DNA of 64,000 nt from an uncultured Desulfobacter sp. (GTDB taxonomy: Bacteria > Desulfobacterota > Desulfobacteria > Desulfobacterales > Desulfobacteraceae). Where the stretch lies: NCBI GenBank assembly GCA_963665095.1, contig OY762069.1:3296001-3360000 (forward strand), written 5' to 3'. The notes beneath the pieces are model-generated. The model made no database searches. It was not told the DNA's origin and was given only the letters and a program-made list of their open reading frames with translations. The position numbers and the translations under genes are program-made. Shown here one piece after another: positions 21,331-31,995 of the stretch. How positions within the stretch are numbered: the first letter of the stretch is position 1; the number at the start of each line of letters is the position of its first letter.

Positions 21331-22200
21331 CTACACCTCCTTCATCAGATCATTGATAAGTCCGCAGGCGTGTTCATGCCCCTGGGTGGTCAGATGCAGG
21401 TAAACCATGGTGGTGGTCAGACTGCTGTGGCCCAGATACTGCTGGATGCGCCGGATGTTGACACCTGCTTCGAGCAGATGGGTGGCGTAGCTGTGGCGAA
21501 GGGTGTGGATGGTGACCCGTTTTGTGATGGGCAAAGAGGTCAGTGTCTGTCTCAGGGCTCCCCTGACGGAATTGCTCCTCATGGGTTCTTCTGCTGTTGA
21601 GGCTTCTTTGCCGTTGCGTCCAAGTTTTGGAAAGATCAGTTTGGGGTTGCGATGGGTGGCCCAGTATTCACGCAGAATAAAAAGTGTCTTTTCAGGCAGC
21701 GGCACGTATCGGTCCTTTGCGCCTTTGCCCCGATGGACATGGATGAACATGCGCTGGCTGTCAATGTCCCTGACCTGGAGGCTCAATCCCTCATTGAGCC
21801 TGAGACCGCAGGAGTAGACAGTGGTCAGGTAGGCTTTGTTCCAGGGTGTCCGGACAGCAGTAAGAATGGACTTAACCTCGTTAATACTGAGTACGGATGG
21901 TAACCGCTGTTCCCGTTTGGCATTAATCAGGGCAAGCGTATGCCAGTCCCGCTGCAGCACATTGATGAAGAAGAACTTTATGCCGCTGTAGCAGATACGC
22001 ATGGTGGCGGCAGACCATTGATCAACGTTTTTGCGATGGAGAAAATAATCCTGCAGTTCCCGCTCGGTGATTTCATCAGGGGTTTTGCCGAAGAAATCGA
22101 CCAGCATACGGATAGCGCGGGTGTAGTTCTTTTGAGTGGAAGTGCTCATCCCGGCAAGTTGCAGGGCCCTCATTGATTGTTGATAATAATCGCTCATCAT
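21331..22200 (-). CDS. Tyrosine recombinase, IntI-related but lacking the IntI-specific insertion
   Basis: [44 protein letters not shown] 22200 after AAGGAG. Confidence 0.92.
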   Translation of the reverse strand: MMSDYYQQSMRALQLAGMSTSTQKNYTRAIRMLVDFFGKTPDEITERELQDYFLHRKNVDQWSAATMRICYSGIKFFFINVLQRDWHTLALINAKREQRLPSVLSINEVKSILTAVRTPWNKAYLTTVYSCGLRLNEGLSLQVRDIDSQRMFIHVHRGKGAKDRYVPLPEKTLFILREYWATHRNPKLIFPKLGRNGKEASTAEEPMRSNSVRGALRQTLTSLPITKRVTIHTLRHSYATHLLEAGVNIRRIQQYLGHSSLTTTMVYLHLTTQGHEHACGLINDLMKEV

Positions 22201-23054
22201 ACCGTCTCCTTTCATGTGAAGGGTTAATTGGATTGGCGTCCAGATACGATACGATGAAAATGACGGGCAATGCAACTTGCCGATTTTATTAATTAGAGTA
22301 GTTGTTTGGCTGCCGCGTAGCGGCTTACTTGAACCTTATCTTACCTCCCTTTTCTTCTATAAGTTTTGCATAATTTAAGGTGTCAGTGAAAATACTTATA
22401 AAATCAGACAATGATGCCTCTGGTATATTAAATTTGTCTATCAGGGCATTTTTGAAAAATTCTTCGTCGGGCAAATTTTCCCCACGATAGTGTTCGTAAA
22501 CATCTGAGATATCGGGGGCATTCTTAACAGCTTTTCTTAGGCCATTTAAAACATCTTCAGGATTTTGGGGGCGAAGTATCTGCCTTGAAATGTCTGTTAG
22601 TTCCAAATGGCCTGTTTTAGGCCGTGTAAGAAGGCCATATTTAATACAAGAACTTAATTCAGACGTATATGGTCCTTTATTATATTTTACACCTACGAAG
22701 GTTGCAGATTCTTGTTCCGTACAACCTCGCCCTGCATTTTGATCGAAAATGGCTTTCGGAATGCGCAATGCTTTTTCTAAATTATGTCGAGGGTATTTAG
22801 GAGAATGTGAAGAGCTCTTCTTAGGTTTAGATTTTTTAGGGGATATGGGTGCATTGCTTTTTGAAGAAATGCCAGACCTTGATTTTATGTTTCGGACATA
22901 GGAAGATTTAATATCTCTTCCCAACTCTTTAAAATGGTCAACAATTTCTTGATTTGTCTTTTTAGGATTATCTTTCAAAAAATTTCGTACCATTTCAGCA
23001 GTACTAATAGAAGAGTTGTCTGTATCAACCATTAAATCCTCCTTATGTTGTAAA

Positions 23055-23112
23055 CCCGAACGTAAAGTTGAGTGGCGAGCTTCAGCGAGCCCACTCGAAC
23101 GCCTTGTTGGGC
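23055..23112 (-). other. attC site
   Basis: GCCCAAC...GTTCGGG, 58 bp; centre nearly identical to attC 51529-51586; R'' complements cassette start GTTGGGC at 28339. Confidence 0.88.
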
Positions 23113-23915
23113 ATATTTTCCATTCTTATCAAATCTTCCAACGTCCATAGCATTATTGTTGGTTCAATTTCTTCGACAAAGAATTTTGCTGATTTTGTAA
23201 ATGGAGCACTGGATATAACAATACCTGTAGGTATTTGTTCTAATGCCATTGATCCAACAAGTTGTCGAATAACGGAAATGGGTACTTGTGATGTGGTTTT
23301 ATATTTTTTCACCTCAACAATGGCTCTGCTATTTTGAAAAGGATGAACAATAAAATCGTATCCATAATCTTTTAGATGCGACTGATGTTCAACGTTGTAG
23401 CCTTTTTTTATAAACCACTGACCAACTAGTTCCTCAAATTCTTGAGCATCAATATTGTCTATGATTTCAGGTCGTTCAAGTAATGTTACTATGCTGTTAC
23501 GAGGATTTTCAGGGTCTAACCCCGAGTAGGGTTCTCGTTCTACATGAGAAGATAATATGTTTTCAACATGAGCCAACAAGTCGTAATGACTAGAATCCCT
23601 AGAAAAGTAACGCATACTTCTTAAATCAAAAGGAATATCATGTATATCAGCAACAACGATAATTTTCTTGTTTTGCCCAAGTGCATAACCTAATTCGAAC
23701 ATAACGTTGGCGTTATTGGGCTGTAAAAAGCAAATAAACAATGAACATTTATTGATCTTTTCAGTGATTGCATGATTAAGCTCACTACCAATACATGTTT
23801 CATCACATAATTCAAATGATTCAGCCCCAATTGATGGAAGATGATCATTAAGAAAACACGCAAACCTCTGTGCTTCGTAATCGTTGTAGGAATATGAAAA
23901 GAAAACTCGTTTCAT
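23082..23915 (-). CDS. TIR/deoxyribosyltransferase-like domain fused to an Mrr-like restriction endonuclease
   Basis: VFFSYS, NANVMFELGYA; QEFEELV, DYGYD, VEVKKY Mrr-type motifs. Confidence 0.8.
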   Translation of the reverse strand: MKRVFFSYSYNDYEAQRFACFLNDHLPSIGAESFELCDETCIGSELNHAITEKINKCSLFICFLQPNNANVMFELGYALGQNKKIIVVADIHDIPFDLRSMRYFSRDSSHYDLLAHVENILSSHVEREPYSGLDPENPRNSIVTLLERPEIIDNIDAQEFEELVGQWFIKKGYNVEHQSHLKDYGYDFIVHPFQNSRAIVEVKKYKTTSQVPISVIRQLVGSMALEQIPTGIVISSAPFTKSAKFFVEEIEPTIMLWTLEDLIRMENMPNKAFEWAR

Positions 23916-24263
23916 GACCTGACCTCCTTAGCCCGATACAAAGCCCAAAATTCATAAAGGGCTGATTGCTTGGCATTTACATCATCTGCTGTTTCAGTTC
24001 CAAACCTACAAAAAGACTCAAGCATTCGGTTACATTCTTGAAAACGTGTATCCAGAATTTCGTTGATCTCCTTATCCAATCTATCTGTAATTTTGGGGCG
24101 TAACTCATTTATTTCTTGATCTGATTGAGAATGATCACAAAAAATCATGGAAAAATTAAAGATAATTTGCAAGATATGCCAGGGATGAGGCAGAAGCTCC
24201 CCCGTTTATCTCGCAAATAATCAATGGAACTTCTGCCCCTATTACCCTAACAGGGCAGGAGAT

Positions 24264-24839
24264 ATGCTATCAGAACTTATTAAAAACAAAAATCTTTTTT
24301 TCCATCTTTACGAAATCGATAAAAATACAGCAAAACAGTACAGACAGTTGCCTTGTCCGCATTGTGGAGGCCCCTTATATTTCAGCAATTACATGCGCAA
24401 GCCCCGGGGAGAGCCTGAGGGCGTGCCGGAGGAATTCTTTATTCAGTTCAGCCTATGTTGTGGAACCGAAGGGTGTCGCAAAAGATTGATGCCGCCGTCC
24501 TGCCGTTTTCTGGGGAGAAAAGTCTACTGGTTTGCAGTTATTCTGTGTGTTTTAACAGACTGGCAAAATACCAATGAAAAAATCACCGTTTATGATTTGT
24601 CCATACGAACTGGCATTAGCCGGAACACAATAAACCGCTGGCTTGCCTTTTTTCAGGATACATTTCCAGTGAGCCGAACCTGGCGAAGGCTTCGGGGGCA
24701 GATATCCGCTGGTGTCAGTAACAGCCGTCTGCCGTCAAGTTTCATCAATTATTGCCGGGCGGTGAAATCCAACGCCGAAAACGCACTTGTATCAAGCCTG
24801 ATAATCTTATCAGGCGGGTCCAAAATCAGGGCCGGATAA
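24264..24839 (+). CDS. Zn-finger/HTH accessory protein of transposon B
   Basis: CPHC, CC...C, ISRNTINRW; GGAG RBS. Confidence 0.72.
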   Translation: MLSELIKNKNLFFHLYEIDKNTAKQYRQLPCPHCGGPLYFSNYMRKPRGEPEGVPEEFFIQFSLCCGTEGCRKRLMPPSCRFLGRKVYWFAVILCVLTDWQNTNEKITVYDLSIRTGISRNTINRWLAFFQDTFPVSRTWRRLRGQISAGVSNSRLPSSFINYCRAVKSNAENALVSSLIILSGGSKIRAG

Positions 24840-24945
24840 TCTCGCGCAGAGGATGAACATAGACAAATATATGCAGGCTGTTTTACCACCTGATTTCAGA
24901 CGTTGATCCGAAATTTTAACCTGAAATTAAAAAGGAGCCTGATTT

Positions 24946-26391
24946 ATGAGTGGTAAAACACAGCACCCGGCAGACCTGTGGGCATTATTTCGCTTTTCGG
25001 TTATCGGCGGTTTACTGGCACGCCCTCCGGCAAAGGGAGAGTTGCAAAATGAACTGACCCGGCTCGCAGGTCAAATCTATTCTCATCCTGTGACGAACAA
25101 ACCGACCTGTTTTCATTTTTCCACAATTGAGGCCTGGTATTACAGGGCAAAAAATTGCCAGGACCCAATTCTGGCTCTGGGCCGTAAAGTTCGTTCAGAT
25201 ATGGGCAAATCCACAGCATTGAATGCTGAATTGATCCGCCTTCTTGGTGTCCAGTACAACACTTATCCGCAATGGAGCTATCAGCTTCATTGCGACAACC
25301 TGGCAGCTGAAATCGCTGAACAGGGCCTGTGTGAGAATCCGCCGTCCTATGCAAGTGTGAGAAGGCGTATGGTTGAACGGGGTTGGAGAAAAAAGGCTTC
25401 CAAGAACAAAAATCAAACATCCGGACAGAAATCAGCTTTTAAGCGATTAGAAACGTATGAAGTCCGTAGTTATGAAACCGAAAACATCCATGAATTATGG
25501 CATCTGGACTTTCACGAATGCAGCAGGCGCGTGGTGGACGAAAAAGGTCAGTGGCATACGCCCAAGGCATTGTGCATTCTTGATGATCGCTCCCGTCTGT
25601 GTTGTCATATTCAATGGTATTTGAATGAAACGGCAGAGGTTTTGATCCACGGCTTGTCCCAGGCGTTTTACAAAAGAGGGCTTCCCAGAGCCTTGATGAC
25701 AGATAATGGTTCTGCCATGATTGCTCATGAAACCGGCAACGGACTTAAACGATTGGGCGTCAGTCATGAGACCACGTTGCCATACTCGCCCTATCAAAAT
25801 GGGAAGCAGGAAGCCTTTTGGGGTACACTTGAAGGCCGTTTGATCGCCATGCTGAGCCGGATGGATTCTTTGACCCTGGTATATTTAAATCAGGTCTCCC
25901 AGGCCTGGATCGAGATGGAATACAACAAGTCAACCCATGATGAAATTCATATGTCGCCATTGCAATGCGCCCTTGACGGCAAGGATGTGTCACGTCCTGC
26001 ACCGGAACCTGAACAGCTTCAATTTTCGTTTACAGCCTGTGAATCCAGAAAACAGCGTCTGTCCGATGGTACCATCTCTTTGATGGGCATCCGGTTTGAA
26101 ATCCCTTCACGGTTTAATCATATCCAGCGTCTTCATGTCTGTTTTTGCTCCTGGGATAAATCGGTTGCCTGGCTGATAGATAAACGAACCGGAAATAAGC
26201 TTGCCGCAATTTATCCCCAGGACAAGACAAAGAATGCTTCAGCAATCCGTCGTATCAAATCCACTCCGGATGAAATTAACCCTGGCCATGAAACCCTGTC
26301 CGGATCAGAACCGGCCCTGCTTAAAAAGCTCTTGTCCGATTATGCAGCAACCGGAATGCCTTGTGCCTACTTGCCAATGGAGGAAAAGTGA
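24946..26391 (+). CDS. DDE (rve/Mu-like) transposase
   Basis: WHLD, DDRSR, TDNG, NGKQE motifs. Confidence 0.9.
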   Translation: MSGKTQHPADLWALFRFSVIGGLLARPPAKGELQNELTRLAGQIYSHPVTNKPTCFHFSTIEAWYYRAKNCQDPILALGRKVRSDMGKSTALNAELIRLLGVQYNTYPQWSYQLHCDNLAAEIAEQGLCENPPSYASVRRRMVERGWRKKASKNKNQTSGQKSAFKRLETYEVRSYETENIHELWHLDFHECSRRVVDEKGQWHTPKALCILDDRSRLCCHIQWYLNETAEVLIHGLSQAFYKRGLPRALMTDNGSAMIAHETGNGLKRLGVSHETTLPYSPYQNGKQEAFWGTLEGRLIAMLSRMDSLTLVYLNQVSQAWIEMEYNKSTHDEIHMSPLQCALDGKDVSRPAPEPEQLQFSFTACESRKQRLSDGTISLMGIRFEIPSRFNHIQRLHVCFCSWDKSVAWLIDKRTGNKLAAIYPQDKTKNASAIRRIKSTPDEINPGHETLSGSEPALLKKLLSDYAATGMPCAYLPMEEK

Positions 26392-27215
26392 TGAACAGCA
26401 AACGATTATTGGCTTATTATGGATTGAAGTACAATCCTTTTTTACCAAATATTCCTGTGGACTCATTATGGCATCCACCCCGGATGGAGGCATTTATTAC
26501 ACGCCTTGAAAATATGACCATGAACGGTGGATTTGCATTAATCGCCGGTGAACCCGGTCTTGGCAAATCCAAGACACTACAGGCGATTGCCCATCAGCTT
26601 GGCAAGCTTGATGAAGTCGTTGTCGGCGTTATGGAGCGCCCCCAAAGCAGCGTGGCCGATTTCTATCGGGAAATGGGGACACTGTTTGGTGTCAATTTGA
26701 GTCCGGCCAACCGTTACGGAGGGTTCAAAGATCTGCGGCAACGATGGAAAAATCATATTAAAACAACCCTGTTCAGACCCGTCCTGCTCATTGATGAGGC
26801 TCAGGAAATGCTTACCGGATGCCTGAATGAGCTTCGGTTGCTCAACAGTATGGATTTTGACTCCCAGAATTTATTGACCACCATTATCTGTGGTGATACC
26901 CGGCTGCCGGAACGGTTCAGAACCAGTGCATTGGTAGCCCTGGGGAGTCGACTCCGGTTCCGGTTAAAATTGGATCCTTATACCCGGGAAGAATTGTTGG
27001 ATTATATAGCGCATTGCCTAAATCAGGCCGGAGCTCCTCAACTCATGACAAAACCTTTAATCACCGCTTTGGTAGAGCACTGTACAGGAAACTTACGGGT
27101 CCTCAATAATATGTCGGCAGAACTGCTTGAAGTGGGCGTTCAAAGAGAGCTGCCGCAACTGGATGAGAAACTTTTCATAGAGCTTTTTTCACTGAAACCG
27201 TCGCCAACCAGATAA
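26388..27215 (+). CDS. ExeA-like AAA ATPase
   Basis: GEPGLGKS, LIDEAQ; start overlaps the transposase stop. Confidence 0.88.
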   Translation: MMNSKRLLAYYGLKYNPFLPNIPVDSLWHPPRMEAFITRLENMTMNGGFALIAGEPGLGKSKTLQAIAHQLGKLDEVVVGVMERPQSSVADFYREMGTLFGVNLSPANRYGGFKDLRQRWKNHIKTTLFRPVLLIDEAQEMLTGCLNELRLLNSMDFDSQNLLTTIICGDTRLPERFRTSALVALGSRLRFRLKLDPYTREELLDYIAHCLNQAGAPQLMTKPLITALVEHCTGNLRVLNNMSAELLEVGVQRELPQLDEKLFIELFSLKPSPTR

Positions 27216-27226
27216 GAGGTATAAAA

Positions 27227-27469
27227 ATGACAATCAATGAAACACAACTTGAAAAAACAATGGCTGAAATTGTCGACGAGCTGGGCAATCTGGTCATGGA
27301 GTTGATCCTTGTCAGTTTAAAAAAAATAAACTCGGAAAATCATCTTTTGACAGAATTGCTGGAGATCAAACAAGAGGAACAAAGAGAAAATGAATTTTAT
27401 GGTTTTGGTGAAACGGAGCCGGGACATCCTGGGGAGGAAACCCGGCAAGGGATAGCCAAAAGCAGGTAG
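27227..27469 (+). CDS. Small hypothetical protein of transposon B
   Basis: GAGG RBS; 3' part overlaps the conserved RNA motif. Confidence 0.45.
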   Translation: MTINETQLEKTMAEIVDELGNLVMELILVSLKKINSENHLLTELLEIKQEEQRENEFYGFGETEPGHPGEETRQGIAKSR

Positions 27470-27583
27470 CATTGAATAATGCGCCGGGGGAAGCGGGGTT
27501 GACCTGCTTCCCCTTTCTGTATTATTCAAGCTTTCCTGCTCATGCCTTAAAAAACCCAATAAAATCAGTCGGAGCGCAGCGAC
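27403..27583 (+). ncRNA. Candidate structured RNA at the 3' end of transposon B (also 56586-56766)
   Basis: Homologous to 7641-7814 with compensatory base changes. Confidence 0.5.
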
Positions 27584-28332
27584 ATCTGCTAATCATTGAA
27601 AATACAGTTATGCCTTTCCCTGATTTATCCTGATTGTCGCTCCATTGATTATCGTGCTTCCTCTCAGATTTACCGACATACTGCTTTTGAATTGTGACTG
27701 TCCAGCCTTTACATGATGAATGAGACCAAGTGGAAGGATGAGCTCTAAACTCAGTTCCGAGGGTTTCGAATGATGAATTCAATAATTTGCCAATTTCAGC
27801 CCCGCGCCACGGTAATGCCCCCAATTCTGGAGTTTTAAGGGATTCCATATCATAAATGAACAATTCTCCGGAATCTGTTAACCTTAGAATTGAATCAATG
27901 AATATATTAGCGAAAGCTCCTGGCTGTAATTCATGAGCTGTATTGGTGCAGGTTATGAAATCGAATCGGTGGTCATTGTTGATGATTTTGTTAAAATCGG
28001 ACAAATCTCCATGTAAAAAGGCGTATTCCTTAAACTTTAATCCGTCTGCCATCCTTTCCGCTGTTCGAGTATGATCTACATTTATATCGTATCCAAAATA
28101 TGAAAGCTTTGCTCTGTGTGTCAAAGATAAGTTTTCATTAAGTTGAGAGATGATTTGTCCTTTACCACATGCCAAATCAAGCCAGCATAATTTGCCAACA
28201 GCAGGATTTTGAAGACGACTATTCAACAAAGTTAATGCTGATTGATGTTGAGGTAAAATTCGCCTTATATCATGTGTAGCATCCGAATCAGCAATCGATG
28301 ACATAAGATTTCCTTGTGTTTATTTGTTTTGA

Positions 28333-28404
28333 GCCCAACGTGGCCATCACCGGTTGCTATGGAGCGCTAGCGGATTAGCAATCCGGTGCATGGCATGGTT
28401 AGAT
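28333..28404 (-). other. attC site
   Basis: ATCTAAC...GCCATGCACCGGATTGCTA...TAGCAACCGGTGATGGC...GTTGGGC, 72 bp. Confidence 0.9.
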
Positions 28405-28416
28405 GGAAAATCTCTT

Positions 28417-29307
28417 TTAAAAGACAGTATTTCGAACTAAAAATTTTCCATTAAATGTCATGGGTATACCTTGAGATTCGTTTTCCACATGCATATGAAG
28501 ATGTGGTTCACTGGTGTTGCCAGAGTTACCTACCTTCCCAATTGGTTGCCCCACTTTAACGAGGTCACCTTTCTTTACCAAAAGACTACCTTTCATCATA
28601 TGAGCAAGGTAAACAATTGTACCTTTATGGCTAATGGCCACATAGTTACCCAATGGTCTTTTTTTATCCATCGTAAGAGGAATCATATCAGGTCGATCAC
28701 CAGCAAGTTTGATTACTTTTCCGTCACAAGGGGAATAAATAATGTCTTCGAATATTTCATATTTTGAAAGCTGTTTTGGAATAATACCTATCGCTCTAAT
28801 TCCAAACTTATTAAGTTTATTAATATCCAGTGCATATTTTTGTGGAGGGTATGAATAATGATGGTTAGTGATGATGCTATTGCCACCATGTGAAATATAA
28901 TAAGTCCCATTTTTTAATGGAAACTCTAATTCTAAAGGCTTTGTATTAATAAAAAACCCTTTAATAGTCGAAAAATTATTTTTACTGTATACGATAGTTA
29001 AAACTATAATGATCGATAATGAAATATATCTCTTGTAATCTAATTTTTTAAAGAAGGGGCTTGTCTTTGCTTTTTTATATGAGAAAAATGCTGATATTAA
29101 AAATACAGCAATCAAGATATATCTCAGATAATAACTGACCCAATCCCATCTGCCAATGTTGAAAATTAACAACATATAGGTCGCTGTAAATAGAAACTGG
29201 AAAACCCAATCTATCTTGCTTTTGTAGTTTCTTTTCATTAACCAAATTATAATAATTGCAGGAAGTATCAATTGGTCGATAAATATAAGTGATATTAATA
29301 AAACCAT
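28417..29307 (-). CDS. Membrane-anchored M23-family metallopeptidase
   Basis: N-terminal TM helices; YALD, LAH, GNSGNTSEPHLH. Confidence 0.88.
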   Translation of the reverse strand: MVLLISLIFIDQLILPAIIIIWLMKRNYKSKIDWVFQFLFTATYMLLIFNIGRWDWVSYYLRYILIAVFLISAFFSYKKAKTSPFFKKLDYKRYISLSIIIVLTIVYSKNNFSTIKGFFINTKPLELEFPLKNGTYYISHGGNSIITNHHYSYPPQKYALDINKLNKFGIRAIGIIPKQLSKYEIFEDIIYSPCDGKVIKLAGDRPDMIPLTMDKKRPLGNYVAISHKGTIVYLAHMMKGSLLVKKGDLVKVGQPIGKVGNSGNTSEPHLHMHVENESQGIPMTFNGKFLVRNTVF

Positions 29308-29336
29308 AATCTATTTATTGTTACACATTATGCTAT

Positions 29337-29510
29337 TTATGTTGCTGTTCCGGTTTTACCAAAAATAAATACAAATGGAATAGCTAAAGGTCCAAACACT
29401 GCTCCCATAATTGCCCAGAACATAACTTTTCCCCCTCTTTTTTCTGCAATAGTACCCAAGAGAAAAGCAAAAGCAAAACTGATTAGACTTCCAATTATTA
29501 TACCCACCAT
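29337..29510 (-). CDS. 57-aa membrane protein (below the ORF-track cutoff)
   Basis: GGAGG RBS; MVGIIIGSLISFAFAFLLGTIAEKRGGKVMFWAIMGAVFGPLAIPFVFIFGKTGTAT. Confidence 0.7.
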   Translation of the reverse strand: MVGIIIGSLISFAFAFLLGTIAEKRGGKVMFWAIMGAVFGPLAIPFVFIFGKTGTAT

Positions 29511-29541
29511 TTCAAAATATCCTCCATAATTATGTCTGTAA

Positions 29542-29663
29542 ATCTAACGTGAAGTTCAGCCGCCCGGGGCTTGTGCCGAGCAGATTGTAAAAGCCAAATT
29601 TTTTCGAAAACCGAGCACTTTCAAAAGGCCGCTAGCACACCGGGTCGGCTGCAACGGCTTGTT
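29542..29663 (-). other. attC site whose R'' box is interrupted by element 2 (remainder ATGC at 32059-32062)
   Basis: Plus strand ATCTAAC-GTGAAGTTCAGCCGCCCGG...CCGGGTCGGCTGCAACGGCTTGTT; restored GCATAAC complements cassette start GTTATGC at 33058. Confidence 0.88.
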
Positions 29664-29792
29664 CAAGTAAGCGCTACGCGCAGGCTCCGCCTCGCAGCAT
29701 TGTTCAATTACATTGCTCATGGTATCTTCTAATTACCGGTTTGCAGGTCGGTATCTTCCGCCCGACAAGGTTAAAGAAGAAAGGAAGATACC

Positions 29793-30667
29793 ACGAGCAA
29801 ATTAATCAAACGTTTTAAAGAAGACCTCCAGTTAGCAGGATATGCTGACCGCAGCATTCAATCCTATACCGGCGCAGTTTTAAAGCTGCAGCGGTTTTAC
29901 AATCAACCCTTAGAAGATATCAGCGAAGAACAGCTGCGTCAATATTGGCTTAGCTGTCAAAACGAACTTGGCTGGAGTGCAGCCACACTGCGTATCAGTT
30001 ATTCCGGCATCCAACATTTTTTCAGCAGAACCCTGGTCAGATCCTGGAACCTTTTCAACGAAATCCAATGGAAGCGCGAGGAGACCTTACCAACTATTCT
30101 GAGCCTGGAGGAAGTCAGGAAAATTATATATGCCCTTCCCACCGTACAAAGTTATACATTTTATTTGACCTTATATTCCATGGGCCTGCGTTTGAGGGAA
30201 GCAACAACGCTTCAGGTCAAGGATATCCTTTCTGACAGGGGACTTGTGCATATTCACGGAGGAAAGGGTTACCGGGACAGGACCGTCCCCTTACCCCCAA
30301 TAACCCTGTCGGCTTTGCGAGACTACTATAAAACCCATCGCAATTCTAAATGGATTTTCCCTGCCCTGGGCCGCAATGGCGGTAAAGATGCCCAATATGC
30401 CGAAAATCATGTGAGCCAAAGTGGTGTTCAAGGCGTTTTACGATCCACTTTAAAACGCATGAAGTTTAAAAAACATGTCCACCTCATGTATTCCGCCATG
30501 CCTATGCAACTCATCTGCTCGAAGCCAATATCCCCATACGGCATGTTCAAAAAATATTGGGTCATAAAACCCTTAAAAGTACCATGATTTATCTGCATGT
30601 GACCACACAGGCCCGGGTTGATTCCAATGACAGGGTTTCCAAAGTCATGCAGGGGGTGTTGTCATGA
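29793..30667 (+). pseudogene. Tyrosine recombinase of element 2 (ACG at expected start, frameshift at ~30482)
   Basis: (M)SKLIKRFKEDLQLAG..., YSMGLR, GKGYRDR; shifted frame continues [13 protein letters not shown]...[12 protein letters not shown]. Confidence 0.85.
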
Positions 30668-31749
30668 GCGCCATTCAAAAAATCTTTCAGATGTATGGCG
30701 CCCAATATATGGCACTTTATGGGGATCGAATGCCCAAGGCCCATAAAAAAACCATCCGGGATATCATTCAGTGCCGAAGCGGCTCCTTTGGTACAATGGT
30801 GTATGAATGCAGCGACTGCAAAAATCTGCATCTGATCCACTGCTGCTGCGGCAACCGCCATTGCCCCAACTGTCAACAGAGTAAAGCAGATCAATGGCTT
30901 GTTCAGCAAATGAAAAAATTGCTGCCGACTCACTATTTTTTGTTAACGATCACACTGCCGCAAGGTCTTCGGGACGTTGTAAGATCACATCAAAGACAAA
31001 CCTACAGCGCCCTGTTTTCATGCACCAATAAAGCATTGAAAAAATTAGCACAAGACAAGCGGTTTGTCGGATCGGACCAAATTGGATACCTGGCCGGTCT
31101 CCACACATGGGGCGGCATGCTCCAGTATCACCCCCATTTACATCTGATCATCCCCGGTGGTGCTTTATCCGGTAAAAACCTATGGCTTGCTTCCAGGCAG
31201 GATTTATTTGTTCACACAAAACCCTTGGAGATTATTTTCAAAGCCAAATTCAAGAATGCGATGAAAAAAGCCGGACTGCTCAACAAAATTGATCCGGCCG
31301 TCTGGAAACAGCAGTGGGTGATTGACAGCCAATCCGTGGGGCAGGGACAAAATTGCCTGCGATATCTTTCAAGATATGTTTTCCGGGTGGCCATCTCCAA
31401 TAACCGCATCAAAAGCATTGAAAATGGTGTCATTAAATTTTCGTACAAGGATCGTGAAAAGAAAAAATGGAAAACCATGGCTCTGGATGCCATGGAATTT
31501 ATCAGAAGGTTCTTGCAACATGTTCTTCCCAAGGGATTTATGAAAATCCGGCATTATGGATTTCTTAATCCCAACAGTGCATTACCCATTGAAAAAATCC
31601 GTGAACTGATCTCATTCATCCATGACATTATTGCGCTTTTTACTGAAATCCGGGAGCCTGCAATCCCCGGCATTAAATGCAGCCATTGCGGACATGATTT
31701 GAAATTCATTTTCTTTGTAAAACCTGAATCCCGGGGCAAACCCCGGTAA
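30664..31749 (+). CDS. IS91-family HUH (Y2) transposase
   Basis: [14 protein letters not shown]...[18 protein letters not shown]. Confidence 0.92.
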   Translation: MSAIQKIFQMYGAQYMALYGDRMPKAHKKTIRDIIQCRSGSFGTMVYECSDCKNLHLIHCCCGNRHCPNCQQSKADQWLVQQMKKLLPTHYFLLTITLPQGLRDVVRSHQRQTYSALFSCTNKALKKLAQDKRFVGSDQIGYLAGLHTWGGMLQYHPHLHLIIPGGALSGKNLWLASRQDLFVHTKPLEIIFKAKFKNAMKKAGLLNKIDPAVWKQQWVIDSQSVGQGQNCLRYLSRYVFRVAISNNRIKSIENGVIKFSYKDREKKKWKTMALDAMEFIRRFLQHVLPKGFMKIRHYGFLNPNSALPIEKIRELISFIHDIIALFTEIREPAIPGIKCSHCGHDLKFIFFVKPESRGKPR

Positions 31750-31995
31750 CTGCACATTTTTTTGACCCGGTTTGGGCCTTTTTTACAAACAGCCTGATCT
31801 ATCACCAGGCATGTTGCGCTATTCGTGCGCAATATTGCAGCTACCTAAGGTTTTGAACCGGGTTTTAACAACTGAAAATCGGCTGGGCTTCTGGTTTTCA
31901 CATCAAAAGAAAGGCCGTTTTTTAAGTTTTCATCAGACCTGATCATTAACCCATCCAGAAAACCGGTAACCTTTCCCCCTATACACCCGCGGCTT

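Larger units (their letters stand above)
19926..22333 (-). mobile_element. Tyrosine recombinase + IS91-like transposase element 1 with cassette-like ends
   Basis: Starts G|TTCAAGTAAGCCGCTACGCGGC, ends GGCTTCTTGAAC-hairpin-G|TT; GGTT at both junctions; removal restores the host ORF. Confidence 0.88.
19398..23032 (-). pseudogene. Cassette gene with N-terminal HTH-like region and C-terminal nucleoside 2-deoxyribosyltransferase/TIR-like domain, split by element 19926-22333
   Basis: Rejoins in frame as ...KGGKIR-LLDVTASS...; CFVMMPF, RADD, NANVFYELGLAHA motifs. Confidence 0.8.
24126..27666 (+). mobile_element. Four-ORF transposon type B (Zn-finger/HTH protein, DDE transposase, ExeA-like ATPase, small ORF), copy 1
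   Basis: TGAGA...TCTCA ends, 3541 bp, second copy 53309-56849; 3-bp duplication GAT here. Confidence 0.9.
23912..28304 (-). pseudogene. Class I SAM-dependent methyltransferase (~282 aa) split by transposon B
   Basis: WLDLACGKG, GYD, GELFIYD; rejoins in frame as ...YVGKS-DQEINE...; stop overlaps the next start (ATGA). Confidence 0.8.
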
